From positions 32,001 to 96,000 of IMG/VR virus record IMGVR_UViG_3300026121_000008: DNA of 64,000 nucleotides; one strand, 5' to 3'. Source of the DNA: a virus. Its lineage: Duplodnaviria; Caudoviricetes. A program made the translations under genes and the position numbers. Under the pieces are notes generated by a model. The model was not told where the DNA came from, made no database searches, and saw only the letters and a program-made list of their open reading frames with translations. The number at the start of each line of letters is the position of its first letter. Position 1 is the stretch's first letter. Below, piece after piece: positions 37,820-46,901 of this stretch.

Positions 37820-39791
37820 TGCACTCCCCAAGCCCAAACCGCCGAAGGACTATCTGGACGAGGTGAATGCACGGGCCTATGACTACCTGAAGCACTATCT
37901 GGGACAGCAGCACGCCGAGGATCTCTGGCAGACCGGGCAGAGCCTGTCCGACCCGCATGAGCGGGCGATGTTCTTCGCGCAGGCCGTCATCCATGTCGAG
38001 CAGGAACTGCGTGGGCAGAAATCGACCGCCATGCAGGAGTTCGCCCAGTACCGCTGGAAGCCTGTGGGCGTCCGGGAGTTCATTTGCTCGAAGCATTACT
38101 TGAACAAGGAACAGGAAATCTATCCGGGCGTGCTCGAAGCCGCTGAGGAATTGAACAACGGACAGTACGTCGAAGCCATCATGACCGGGGGCATCGGCTC
38201 CGGGAAGACGACGCTGGCTCTCTACACCAACGCCTACCAGTTGTATCTCCTCTCGTGCCTGCGAAGCCCGCATAAGCAGTTCGGGTTGGACCCAAGCTCC
38301 GAAATTCTCCTCGTGTTCCAGTCCATGACGATGCAGTTGGCCCGAGGGGTGGACTACCAACGCTTCCGGAACATGATCGAGGGCAGTGCCTACTTTTTGA
38401 AGCACTACCCCTTCGACAAGCAGGTGACGTCTAAGCTCGTGTTCCCCAACCGGGTGGAGGTGCTCCCGATCTCCGGCTCCGAGACTGCGGCCATCGGCCA
38501 GAACGTGATGGGTGGATTGATCGATGAGTTGAACTACATGGCGGTGGTGGAGAAGTCTCGTGTCGCCGTGGACCGAGGCACGTATGATCAGGCGGTCCTG
38601 ATCTACAACTCCATCGCTCGCCGCCGCAAGTCCCGGTTCATGGAGAACGGTAAACTTCCCGGCATCCTGTGTCTCGTGTCCAGTAAGAAGTACCCCGGCC
38701 AGTTCACAGATCAGAAGGTGGCCGAGGCCGAGAAAGATCCAACCATCTTCATCTACGACAAGCGGGTCTGGGACATTAAGCCAGAGGGCTTTGGGAACCA
38801 AGGCTGGTTTCAGGTGTTCGCGGGCGACCTGACCCGTAAACCCCGCATCCTGACGACCGAGGACCGGGTGGCGGAGATTGACCGGCCTCTTGTGGTCCAC
38901 GTCCCGGAGGAGTTCCGGTTGGAGTTCGAGAAGGACGTCATCAACGCCCTCCGTGAGATTGCCGGAGTCAGCACGCTGGCTCGTCATCCCTTCTTCCTCG
39001 AAGTGGACAAGGTCCATGCGGCCTTCAAGTCCCGAGAGTCCATCTTCTCCCAGCCTGTGGTAGACTTCGTCACGCAACGGCTCACGCTCCTCAAGCAGCA
39101 CTTCTGGAATCCGGAGGTACCTCGCTTCGCCCACTGTGACTTGGCCCTCTCTGGGGACAGCGCAGGGCTGGCGATTGGCACGGTGAAAGGGTTCAAGGCC
39201 GTCTCCAGTGATCCGCAACAGCCTGCCTACATGCCGGAGATCTGGATCGACGGGGTGCTGGAGATCCGGCCCCCGAGGAATTGCGAGATCCTGCTCGGCA
39301 AGATCCGGGAGGTCATCATCGTCTTGAAACGGATGGGCCTGAACATCGTCTGGGTCACGTTCGACCAGTTCCAGTCGAGCGACTCCCAGCAGATTCTGCG
39401 ACAGCAGGGGTTGATTACCGGACATCAGTCCATGGACGACATGCCCTGCAGGCCCTATGATTTCTGTAAGACGGCAATGTATGAGGGGCGGATGAATATT
39501 CCGGTCCACTCGAAGCTCCAGCGGGAGATCCTGATGCTGGAGAAGGATATGAAGACCGGGAAGGTGGATCATCCCCCAGCCGGGAGCAAGGACTTGTCCG
39601 ATGCCCTCGCCGGGGTGACGTATGGCCTGACCATGCGGCGGGAACTGTGGGGCCTGTACCGCATCCCCACCCTGATGATCCCGCAGAGTGTCTATGCCAA
39701 CGTAGACAAGCTGAAGAAGCCGGAGGACCAACCCAACTATCAATCGGAACTGTCGTTGGCCTCCTCGACGTTCGGCGCAGGCGTGGCCTGA
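37797..39791 (+). CDS. terL: Terminase large subunit
   Basis: Walker A TGGIGSGKT; Walker B GLIDELNYM; nuclease motifs AHCDLALSGDSAG, VTFDQFQS, KVDHPPAGSKDLSDA. Confidence 0.92.
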   Translation: MLIIKSGNALPKPKPPKDYLDEVNARAYDYLKHYLGQQHAEDLWQTGQSLSDPHERAMFFAQAVIHVEQELRGQKSTAMQEFAQYRWKPVGVREFICSKHYLNKEQEIYPGVLEAAEELNNGQYVEAIMTGGIGSGKTTLALYTNAYQLYLLSCLRSPHKQFGLDPSSEILLVFQSMTMQLARGVDYQRFRNMIEGSAYFLKHYPFDKQVTSKLVFPNRVEVLPISGSETAAIGQNVMGGLIDELNYMAVVEKSRVAVDRGTYDQAVLIYNSIARRRKSRFMENGKLPGILCLVSSKKYPGQFTDQKVAEAEKDPTIFIYDKRVWDIKPEGFGNQGWFQVFAGDLTRKPRILTTEDRVAEIDRPLVVHVPEEFRLEFEKDVINALREIAGVSTLARHPFFLEVDKVHAAFKSRESIFSQPVVDFVTQRLTLLKQHFWNPEVPRFAHCDLALSGDSAGLAIGTVKGFKAVSSDPQQPAYMPEIWIDGVLEIRPPRNCEILLGKIREVIIVLKRMGLNIVWVTFDQFQSSDSQQILRQQGLITGHQSMDDMPCRPYDFCKTAMYEGRMNIPVHSKLQREILMLEKDMKTGKVDHPPAGSKDLSDALAGVTYGLTMRRELWGLYRIPTLMIPQSVYANVDKLKKPEDQPNYQSELSLASSTFGAGVA

Positions 39792-40111
39792 CAGTCCTCC
39801 GAGAAGGCAGGCCCGTAGATGTCCTCGAAGTCCAACGGCGTCTCGGTGCAGACTACCAGAGCCCGGTTACAACTTGTACAAAAAGCGTTCCAACGGCCTG
39901 CCGGGTCGTTGGGCCTTCGATGCCATGGACGAAGGTCATGCCCCAGCTTGCGGGCCTGAGCCCCGGCAGCACGCTTCCGAGCGGCGACGTCTCCGAACTG
40001 GTCCACAACCTCGTAGTCCTGTCGGAACGCCTTGGGTTGCGCCTTGGAGAGCAACAATGACTTGCGCGGTTTGTAGTCCTTCCGTTTAGCCGCAACGAAC
40101 TTCAGTGCCAT
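39740..40111 (-). CDS. Hypothetical protein; the only convincing minus-strand gene
   Basis: AAGGAG RBS and a dedicated minus-strand promoter; GHDLRPW...C..C...C putative Zn site. Confidence 0.65.
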   Translation of the reverse strand: MALKFVAAKRKDYKPRKSLLLSKAQPKAFRQDYEVVDQFGDVAARKRAAGAQARKLGHDLRPWHRRPNDPAGRWNAFCTSCNRALVVCTETPLDFEDIYGPAFSEDCQATPAPNVEEANDSSD

Positions 40112-40150
40112 GCACACACTCCTTTTGAGTTACGCTCACTCCTTGAGCCT

Positions 40151-40242
40151 CATAGATCTTAGCACAGGTCCGGGAAGTTTGTCAAACTGCAAGTAAATGC
40201 AGGCGAGTTGACAAAGCCCGAAGTGGTGTGCTAAGATCTATG
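40151..40242. promoter_or_regulatory. Back-to-back divergent promoters (each TTGACAAA...TGTGCTAAGATCTATG)
   Basis: 16-bp perfect inverted repeat at 40151-40166 / 40227-40242; both are TTGACA-N18-TAAGAT. Confidence 0.85.
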
Positions 40243-40279
40243 GAGCGTCGAAAGCTCAGACGCACAGAAGGAGTCTGAC

Positions 40280-40522
40280 ATGCGAAAGAAGAAGACCACC
40301 CCGCTGCTCGTGCCCCAGCCCGTCAAGATCGATAGCCGGATCTGTTTCGGGATTGCCTACTTCACGTCCAAGAAAGACGCCGAGACATACGACCGCTACG
40401 TGCGGGAGCAGGGACTCACCTACAATGGCGGCTACTTCCATGGGATGTCGTGTGGACGAGACGCGACGTGGGATCACGTTGATCAATCCTCTGGTAAGCA
40501 GTTGTATGCGGTGACGATGTAA
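40280..40522 (+). CDS. Small hypothetical protein
   Basis: AAGGAG RBS after the promoter. Confidence 0.7.
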   Translation: MRKKKTTPLLVPQPVKIDSRICFGIAYFTSKKDAETYDRYVREQGLTYNGGYFHGMSCGRDATWDHVDQSSGKQLYAVTM

Positions 40523-40734
40523 TGAACCTCATTCGTTGGCGGCTGAACGATCCAGCAGACGAATGGACTACCCGGTGGACGAAAGTCCATCGGGTCTCTT
40601 TGCACGCGAATGACTTGACGGCGTGTCATATGGCCATTCCGGAATATCCGTACATGACAGATAGGGATGACCAGATTCCAGAAGATGCGCCACGGTGTAA
40701 ACGATGTGCCAAGCCAGATCATCGTGAGGGATAA
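40522..40734 (+). CDS. Small hypothetical protein (His/Cys putative Zn site)
   Basis: TAATG coupling; VH...TAC...CKRC. Confidence 0.6.
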   Translation: MNLIRWRLNDPADEWTTRWTKVHRVSLHANDLTACHMAIPEYPYMTDRDDQIPEDAPRCKRCAKPDHREG

Positions 40735-40926
40735 ATTAACGTGACAAAGAAAGAACGAGACAAGCTCCAGAAGGAGCAGCGGCTGTTGCGATATCGCCAG
40801 ATCGTGGGTACGAGCACACGGGATGACCGGGCGCGGATCGCGGAGATCCAGAAGACGCTGAACCCGCAATCGGACGATCAAGTAGGGCTTGCACCCCGCT
40901 TGATAAAGTGATAGAGTGCGCCCAGC

Positions 40927-42834
40927 ATGCCGCGCTATGACCGTCTGGGCAATATCGCGTTCGGAGTAGATCGCTACGTAGGGGTGCAACGACGGGGTGA
41001 GGCGGCGCGGGTCATCGCGGAGCCTGCGAACCAACCCGGTTGGCTCTTCGACAACGTCCTCCTCTGGCAGCAGGATGCGTTCAACGACCCACCCCTGCCC
41101 GAGCCTTACTTCAAGGCCGAGGATGGACGGACGTGGCCGGGACGGGCCAATGAGTTATGCGCCGGAGGCAACCGGTGGGTGAGTCTCCTCATCCCAGCGG
41201 AAGGCCCCCGGCTCACCACCAGTGAGGGCCGGGTCATCCCGCATGCGGGCAAGCACGCCGTGGGGGTGGACGGCACCCTGATCTACAGTCCGTATCGCCA
41301 ACTGGCCAACGGGGTCCGGATTGAACTGTCCAATGGGAGCGTCATCCTCGATGACCCGAACTCCCCCATCGTCAGCAGTACGTGCATCGACCGTCATGCT
41401 GCTGCATGGTGGAACAACACGACCACACTGGGAGTCTACGAGGATGGCAACGTCCGCTACTGCCAACTGGCCTACCCGGCGTATGGTGGCAAGCTCTTCC
41501 GACTCGACGGGGACTTGCATGTGGTCTACTCTGGCCCCCAGAATCTCGTTATCCATGCTGTCGATGATGCGACGAGAGGCTGGCTGGTCGGTCCAGTCGA
41601 GCATACCTACAACCCTGACGCGATTGAGCTTCCCAACGGCCAGTTTTTCGTCTGCTTCTCGCTGACCGCCGGGGAGCGAGTCGAGGACATTCGTGAAGCC
41701 CAGATCACGATGGAGCCTCAGCCCTTCCCGAAGCCCGAGGAGCCCCCTCCTGCGACCGTGCCGGAGTTCGTGGTGGCCCATCGTCCCCTGCCTGTGGGTG
41801 CGTGGTTCGAGGGCAACCAGTACAACCTCGCAGAGGCGGGAGCGGGCGCGGAGCGGCACCCCGTGGACCGGATGACCCGAGGGGTGTTCGTGGATATTTC
41901 CGCAGAGAACCCCCCCACAGCCAACGCCCGGAGCTTAGCCCGGAGTATCGGCTGGCCTTGTTACGAGTACGTGGATGGTCGCCCTCATGATCGGGAGGTC
42001 GCCGCTGATTCGTATGCGATGGTGTGCGCGTATGCGAACAGCCACGAGTCCGCTGAACAGAACCTGCACTCAATTGCAGAGGACGTGTCCAGAAACCAAA
42101 GCCGTCCATGGGCGATGGCCCTCTCCCTCCATCGAGGTATCACCGGAGAGGGCTATGACCGCCCGGAGCAGTTAGTCCTCGACGTGGCCGCAGGCGCATG
42201 GAAGCTGGCGGTCGATCATGGGGCCAAGGCCGTCTGGATCTTCGCCTTCGACCGAGGGAATGGCCGGGACGGCTGCACCCGTTTCCCGACGTTCATGACC
42301 GCCCTCCATAAGATGCGGTATGCCAGTGACAACTGGGAGGCGTTTCCGCCCTACTCCATTCCTGTCCCTCCCAAACCCCCCACCGGCCTGTATCCGACAG
42401 TGCCACTCTACAAAGGACACGGTATGACTGAAGTCGATGGATTTCTGATTGGAGCCGCCGCGAAGACGGGTCGTGTGGACCCGAATGACCGGGACCAGAA
42501 TGGTCGTCCGAAGGTGCATTGGGATCGGCAACTCCGTCCCGGTGATCGAGCCGGTGGGCAGGAACTGGTCCGCGCCAAGAAGCAGAGCAACGGCAAGTGG
42601 ATCTTGGTGTACGTGGAAGCAAACGTCGCCATGAACGGGGCTCCGGACTGGCAGTGTGCCGACGCCAGCAGCCGCCAGTTCGAGACCCGCCCCCTCGACC
42701 AAGTTGGTGGAGACGAGCAGTGGATGCTCGTGGTCATGCCCGATGGGCGCATCCAAGGCCAGACCATCTTCGACTGGGAGAACGGGATCAAGTTCTCGGG
42801 CGTCCCGGTGACCTTTGTCGAGAATCCCAAGTGA
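40927..42834 (+). CDS. Multidomain protein: beta-repeat domain, alpha/beta putative hydrolase domain, beta-trefoil-like C-terminus
   Basis: Promoter TTGCAC-N17-TAGAGT at 40889; segments resemble 9006 (N-terminus) and 6475 (middle). Confidence 0.6.
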   Translation: MPRYDRLGNIAFGVDRYVGVQRRGEAARVIAEPANQPGWLFDNVLLWQQDAFNDPPLPEPYFKAEDGRTWPGRANELCAGGNRWVSLLIPAEGPRLTTSEGRVIPHAGKHAVGVDGTLIYSPYRQLANGVRIELSNGSVILDDPNSPIVSSTCIDRHAAAWWNNTTTLGVYEDGNVRYCQLAYPAYGGKLFRLDGDLHVVYSGPQNLVIHAVDDATRGWLVGPVEHTYNPDAIELPNGQFFVCFSLTAGERVEDIREAQITMEPQPFPKPEEPPPATVPEFVVAHRPLPVGAWFEGNQYNLAEAGAGAERHPVDRMTRGVFVDISAENPPTANARSLARSIGWPCYEYVDGRPHDREVAADSYAMVCAYANSHESAEQNLHSIAEDVSRNQSRPWAMALSLHRGITGEGYDRPEQLVLDVAAGAWKLAVDHGAKAVWIFAFDRGNGRDGCTRFPTFMTALHKMRYASDNWEAFPPYSIPVPPKPPTGLYPTVPLYKGHGMTEVDGFLIGAAAKTGRVDPNDRDQNGRPKVHWDRQLRPGDRAGGQELVRAKKQSNGKWILVYVEANVAMNGAPDWQCADASSRQFETRPLDQVGGDEQWMLVVMPDGRIQGQTIFDWENGIKFSGVPVTFVENPK

Positions 42835-42907
42835 CCTGCTGTGGATCAAGTGGATGTTGATCGTCAACATCCTGCTGTGGCTGCTGATTCTTGTAAAGGT
42901 GTGGTGA
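42815..42907 (+). CDS. Possible 30-aa single-TM peptide (not in the ORF track)
   Basis: TTG start; MSRIPSDLLWIKWMLIVNILLWLLILVKVW; TGATG overlap with the next gene. Confidence 0.4.
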   Translation: MSRIPSDLLWIKWMLIVNILLWLLILVKVW

Positions 42908-43155
42908 TGACCAAGTCCCCGATGACGGACCAAGACTGGCAGGAGATCCGGTTCGCCCTGCAGGATGCCATTGACCGGATGATCACGGCGCGTGATCAGC
43001 GAGCCGATGTGGACAGCCGCGCCATCTCGATTGCCATCACGCATGCCCAGACGGCCTTGCTGTGGCTCTTGCAGTCGCGGCAGGATCTGATCACGCCGAC
43101 TGAATCGACGGACCCGGACGAACCCATGAACCGCAAGCAAGTGTCCGGTCGGTGA
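42907..43155 (+). CDS. Small helical-hairpin protein, Tad1/Acb2-like candidate
   Basis: AIDRM...[18 protein letters not shown] resembles the Tad1-type IDRL...RENA.AITKLEEAL.WL helix pair. Confidence 0.45.
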   Translation: MTKSPMTDQDWQEIRFALQDAIDRMITARDQRADVDSRAISIAITHAQTALLWLLQSRQDLITPTESTDPDEPMNRKQVSGR

Positions 43156-43901
43156 CCCTCATGGCCTGCACTTGTCCAACTGAACTGCCGCCGCTGAGTG
43201 TTTCGAGCTTTAACGAATCGATTTACATCATCCTACAGTGTCAGGATCACGGCGTGGCGGCGTGGGCACCGGGGGGCATTCCCGGTCCTCCCGGCGCACA
43301 AGGCCCTCCCGGTCCTCAAGGGGAACCCGGCCCTGCTGGACCGCAAGGAGAGACAGGGCCAGCCGGTCCTCCCGGTCCTGAAGGTCCATTAGGACCAGAG
43401 GGAGAGCGTGGTGAACCCGGAGCGGACGGGGCGTTAGGCCCTACGGGGCCGATGGGTCCGACTGGACCTACTGGTGAACCCGGCCAACGTGGCCCTGACG
43501 GGGCCAAGGGTGAGATGGGACCGATGGGGCCTCCCGGAGAGCAAGGCCCGCAAGGCGACACCGGGAAAGACGGCATGGACGGGCGAGACGGGTCCACCGG
43601 CCCCCAAGGTGACCCCGGACGAGATGGCCCGCCCGGACCCATGGGGCCACAAGGCCCTCCCGGTGAAGAGGGTCCAGCCGGTCCTGCCGGGATGACCCGT
43701 GAAGAAGTCCAGTCGATGATCGAATCCGCCCTCCGGGATGCCGTCATGCTGGGCATGAAGATCGCGCTGCAGTCGGATAGCGGGAAGATCCTCTCTGCCA
43801 TCAACGGTGGCCCGATGGTCGATGAGATGCCGTTCCAACTGGTCGCCAAGAGTGAAGTGCATGCCCACGAGACGTGGGTCATCGTGAAGGGACAAGGCTA
43901 A
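43152..43901 (+). CDS. Collagen-like protein with a C-terminal fascin/beta-trefoil-like repeat
   Basis: About 45 Gly-X-Y triplets; [18 protein letters not shown]...LVAK...HETW. Confidence 0.8.
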   Translation: MTLMACTCPTELPPLSVSSFNESIYIILQCQDHGVAAWAPGGIPGPPGAQGPPGPQGEPGPAGPQGETGPAGPPGPEGPLGPEGERGEPGADGALGPTGPMGPTGPTGEPGQRGPDGAKGEMGPMGPPGEQGPQGDTGKDGMDGRDGSTGPQGDPGRDGPPGPMGPQGPPGEEGPAGPAGMTREEVQSMIESALRDAVMLGMKIALQSDSGKILSAINGGPMVDEMPFQLVAKSEVHAHETWVIVKGQG

Positions 43902-44959
43902 TGGGTATCGCTGACGAACTTCCGCACGTCCCGCTGTATGACCCTATCTCCGGAGGCGGGCCTATCGGGAGCCGTCCGTCGAGAGACGAGATCCTGAAGG
44001 CATGGTTGGTCGCGGATATCGCCCCCACCTACATCGAGGAAATCTGGCGCACGTCGAGGTCCGTCCCTGAGACCGTGACTCTCGGACGACGTCCTATCCC
44101 CCGGCAGCTTGTGGCTATCGAAGGCCGAGGCTCCGGTCTTGGAGAGGGCAAAGACATTTTGGGAACGTGGCACTGGCTTGATTTCGATGACCAGTTGTTC
44201 CACACCGTCGCCCCGAAGTATCGGGACATAGGTGGCAATCGTTGCATCCCCTGCTCCCTGATGGTCTCGAACTACCAAGGGCGCACGTTCGACTTCACTC
44301 AGAACCCCGATCTCCTCCGACGACGACTGGAGCGGTGCTACGAGTATGGGCTGCTCCCCATGATCTCTCTGCACTGTCGAGGCGGAGCCGTGGGAGAGGG
44401 TGCGGCTTCCGTGGACATTTTGCGGAATTTGTTCCCAAAAATCGCAGATCTGGTCGATGCCGCCTTCCTCGACTGGGAACTCGTGGTGGATGGCAGTCAA
44501 GCTGCGTATGAGCCACAGGACATCGAGCACACGCTGGACATCGTCCGGGAGCATCGTCCCCAGTGTGTGATCGGCGTCGAGTTCGCGACTCCCTACGGCC
44601 ACGAACCTATCTGCTATGACGGGAGAGCCGTCCCCAAAGGGGAAGAAGCCAATTGGTATTGGAACAAAGGTCCGGGCCAGCGGATGGACGTCCTCATGCT
44701 GGAGATCGCCTACGACCGAGCCGATGACCCGGCCCAGCATGTGGATGACGTTGCCGGAGCGACGTGTCGCTTCCAAGGGACGTGGCAGAACAAACCCAAC
44801 GATCCGGACAACTGGAGAGGGCCTGACTACGGGTGCCACAAGACCGTGATGCAGTTCGAGTATGCCGCCTACCTCCGATGGTCCACTGCCCGGAAAAAAG
44901 AACGCCGGGAACTGACCCAACGGCATGTGCCGCCTCTTCGGGCTTGGGGTGAAGGCTAG
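43901..44959 (+). CDS. Putative glycoside-hydrolase-like (TIM-barrel) protein
   Basis: Similar to the C-terminal domain of 10439-13231; candidate catalytic Glu in DWEL and QFEY. Confidence 0.5.
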   Translation: MGIADELPHVPLYDPISGGGPIGSRPSRDEILKAWLVADIAPTYIEEIWRTSRSVPETVTLGRRPIPRQLVAIEGRGSGLGEGKDILGTWHWLDFDDQLFHTVAPKYRDIGGNRCIPCSLMVSNYQGRTFDFTQNPDLLRRRLERCYEYGLLPMISLHCRGGAVGEGAASVDILRNLFPKIADLVDAAFLDWELVVDGSQAAYEPQDIEHTLDIVREHRPQCVIGVEFATPYGHEPICYDGRAVPKGEEANWYWNKGPGQRMDVLMLEIAYDRADDPAQHVDDVAGATCRFQGTWQNKPNDPDNWRGPDYGCHKTVMQFEYAAYLRWSTARKKERRELTQRHVPPLRAWGEG

Positions 44960-44995
44960 TCTGTGTTATGATGGAGGTTCCCAAGGAGTGGGCAG

Positions 44996-45184
44996 ATGCA
45001 GAACCGCTACAAGGTATTACTGAACGGCGAACAGCCCGTCCCGGAATTCGAGGGCACGTTGGAACAGGCCAACGACCTCGTGGACTGGCTCGTGGACTTT
45101 TGGGGCTTCAAGCGGACGGACGACTTCGAGATCCTCCCATTTATCACCCAAATCCGAGGACTTGACAAACCCTCACAGTTGTGA
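44996..45184 (+). CDS. Small hypothetical protein
   Basis: AAGGAG RBS. Confidence 0.55.
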   Translation: MQNRYKVLLNGEQPVPEFEGTLEQANDLVDWLVDFWGFKRTDDFEILPFITQIRGLDKPSQL

Positions 45185-45314
45185 GAGACTAAAGATTCAA
45201 GGCCACCGTCGCCAAGAGGCAAGGCACGGGTTTGCAACACCCGGATCACCGGTTCGAGTCCGGTCGGTGGCTCCAAATTTAGAGTTTGACAAACTCTCAC
45301 AGTTGTGAGAAACT
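45162..45314 (+). repeat. Two near-identical ~29-bp promoter repeats flanking the tRNA
   Basis: TTGACAAAC[C/T]CTCACAGTTGTGAGA[G/A]ACT at 45162 and 45286. Confidence 0.9.
45202..45275 (+). tRNA. tRNA-Cys(GCA)
   Basis: Acceptor stem GCCACCG/CGGTGGC; U discriminator; encoded CCA; anticodon stem CGGGT/ACCCG with GCA at 45234-45236; T-loop TTCGAGT. Confidence 0.93.
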
Positions 45315-45334
45315 AGGTGAAGTCCAAGGAGGAC

Positions 45335-45694
45335 ATGGCAATGGTGACGCTCTTCAGAATCTCGATCAAGACGAAGGAAACGGACAAGCGCAAGAATGCC
45401 ACGGTGTTCCGTTACGTCGTGGCCGCGCTCTCACTGGACGAGGCGAAGGTACTGGCGGTGGCGAAGTGGATGGACCGGGAGTTGGACGAAAACGACCTGA
45501 AGGCCAAATTCCCCCGCATCCGGACGCACACCCTCGACAAGATCGCGGAGGTCTACGGGCACGGGATGGACACGCTGGTCTACAACTGCGACATTCAGGG
45601 CGACAAGGATCACTCTGAACAACCTGACACGGTTCCGGCCCTGTCCCATGTGCGGGCGGCACGGGCGCGACTCGACGCCATGGACACGGAGTGA
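45335..45694 (+). CDS. Hypothetical protein
   Basis: AAGGAGG RBS; own promoter at 45286. Confidence 0.7.
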   Translation: MAMVTLFRISIKTKETDKRKNATVFRYVVAALSLDEAKVLAVAKWMDRELDENDLKAKFPRIRTHTLDKIAEVYGHGMDTLVYNCDIQGDKDHSEQPDTVPALSHVRAARARLDAMDTE

Positions 45695-45747
45695 GTTGAC
45701 AAACCCTTCGGGGTGTGAGATACTGAATGGGTCAAGGAGTGGCCGAA

Positions 45748-45951
45748 ATGAATCTGTGTGACAAGTGTCAGCAAACGGAAGACGTGGAGACCTTCGAGGT
45801 CTGCACCTCCCCCCGGTCATGGGGTTCCCCAGCGGAGTACGACACCGTACGCCTCTGTGGGGACTGCCAGCGGCTGGAGGAGTATCTGAACAGCCCGGAC
45901 GCTCGTGAGGACGCCCGTGAGCGGTACGCGGCAGAGGAGGAGGGCTACTGA
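45748..45951 (+). CDS. Small Zn-finger protein
   Basis: CDKC...CGDC; promoter at 45696; RBS. Confidence 0.65.
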   Translation: MNLCDKCQQTEDVETFEVCTSPRSWGSPAEYDTVRLCGDCQRLEEYLNSPDAREDARERYAAEEEGY

Positions 45952-46829
45952 TGGCCCTCATCACTTGCCGGTCGGGCAAGGTGTCTCACCCCAGCCGGGA
46001 GGCGGCACTGGCCCACCAGAAGGCCCTCATCTTCAAGAACAATCTGGAAGGCGTCCCAGAGCGGTCCAAGGGCCTGAACGTCTACCCGTGCCCGGAGTGC
46101 GCGGACTGGCACGTCGGTCACAAGCCGGATGAAACGCCGCTGGTGTACCACTACACCACGGGATACCACCTCGATCTGATTCTGAAGGCCAAGAAGTTGC
46201 GCCCTCGAAATGCGAAGAAAGAGAGTCGAGCTATCAACGAACCCAAGCCCCTCCTGTGGTTTTCTTGGAACGCCATATGGGAACTTTCTGTGCTGAAAGA
46301 TCCTCGCCCGTCATGGGCGCGTTCGGTGGTGCCGACTGGACGGGCGATTACCGAACTGTGTAACGGAGGCTTGGTGCGGTTCAGTGCCCCCGCATTTGTG
46401 GCGAAGCTCCGCTGGTATGACTATCTCGTGCGAAACAAGACGCCGAAGCTCCAGCAGGAGATGATGACGCAGATCGGGAATCCCATCGAGTGGCTGGCGA
46501 CGGATCGTCCGGTCCCCCTGTCAGAGTGCCGTGCCGTGGAGGTGTGGTATCACGGGCAGTGGGTGGATCGACTGTCGGTGTCCGATGAAGAGTTTGAGGC
46601 GTATCTCGCAGGGCGGAACAAGGCGTATAAGGCGGCATGGGAGCGTCTCTCCGCTCGTGAGCCGATAGCCCTGTCTCCAGATGCGAATGACGCCGAAGTG
46701 ATTCTGTTCGAGGACTACCTGCAGGAGGTGCGGGAGCACAACTGGATACAGACGCATCGTGCGGAGATTGACCGGTTCAAGGCCACGCTGAAGCGGACGC
46801 CCCAAGGCGTGCGGACCATCACGCGGTAG
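45951..46829 (+). CDS. Zn ribbon plus putative ADP-ribosyltransferase-fold domain
   Basis: YPCPECADWHVGH, then YHYTT...L..IL....LRP...LLWFS....WE. Confidence 0.45.
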   Translation: MALITCRSGKVSHPSREAALAHQKALIFKNNLEGVPERSKGLNVYPCPECADWHVGHKPDETPLVYHYTTGYHLDLILKAKKLRPRNAKKESRAINEPKPLLWFSWNAIWELSVLKDPRPSWARSVVPTGRAITELCNGGLVRFSAPAFVAKLRWYDYLVRNKTPKLQQEMMTQIGNPIEWLATDRPVPLSECRAVEVWYHGQWVDRLSVSDEEFEAYLAGRNKAYKAAWERLSAREPIALSPDANDAEVILFEDYLQEVREHNWIQTHRAEIDRFKATLKRTPQGVRTITR

Positions 46830-46901
46830 GCACTCAAGTGCAGTGTTGACAAACGCTGGTGTGTGTGCGAGAATGGTTGCAGGTCACAGGAGGACCGACA
46901 G

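Noticed and set aside
37644-39743. 699-aa minus-strand ORF, and other long antisense ORFs such as 8982-10283, 29168-30055 and 54692-56059
   Set aside because: Shadow frames of strongly GC3-biased + strand genes; no RBS or recognisable motifs
45162-45314. Repeat-spacer-repeat pattern as a mini CRISPR array
   Set aside because: Only two repeats, both of which are promoters, and the 95-nt spacer contains a tRNA
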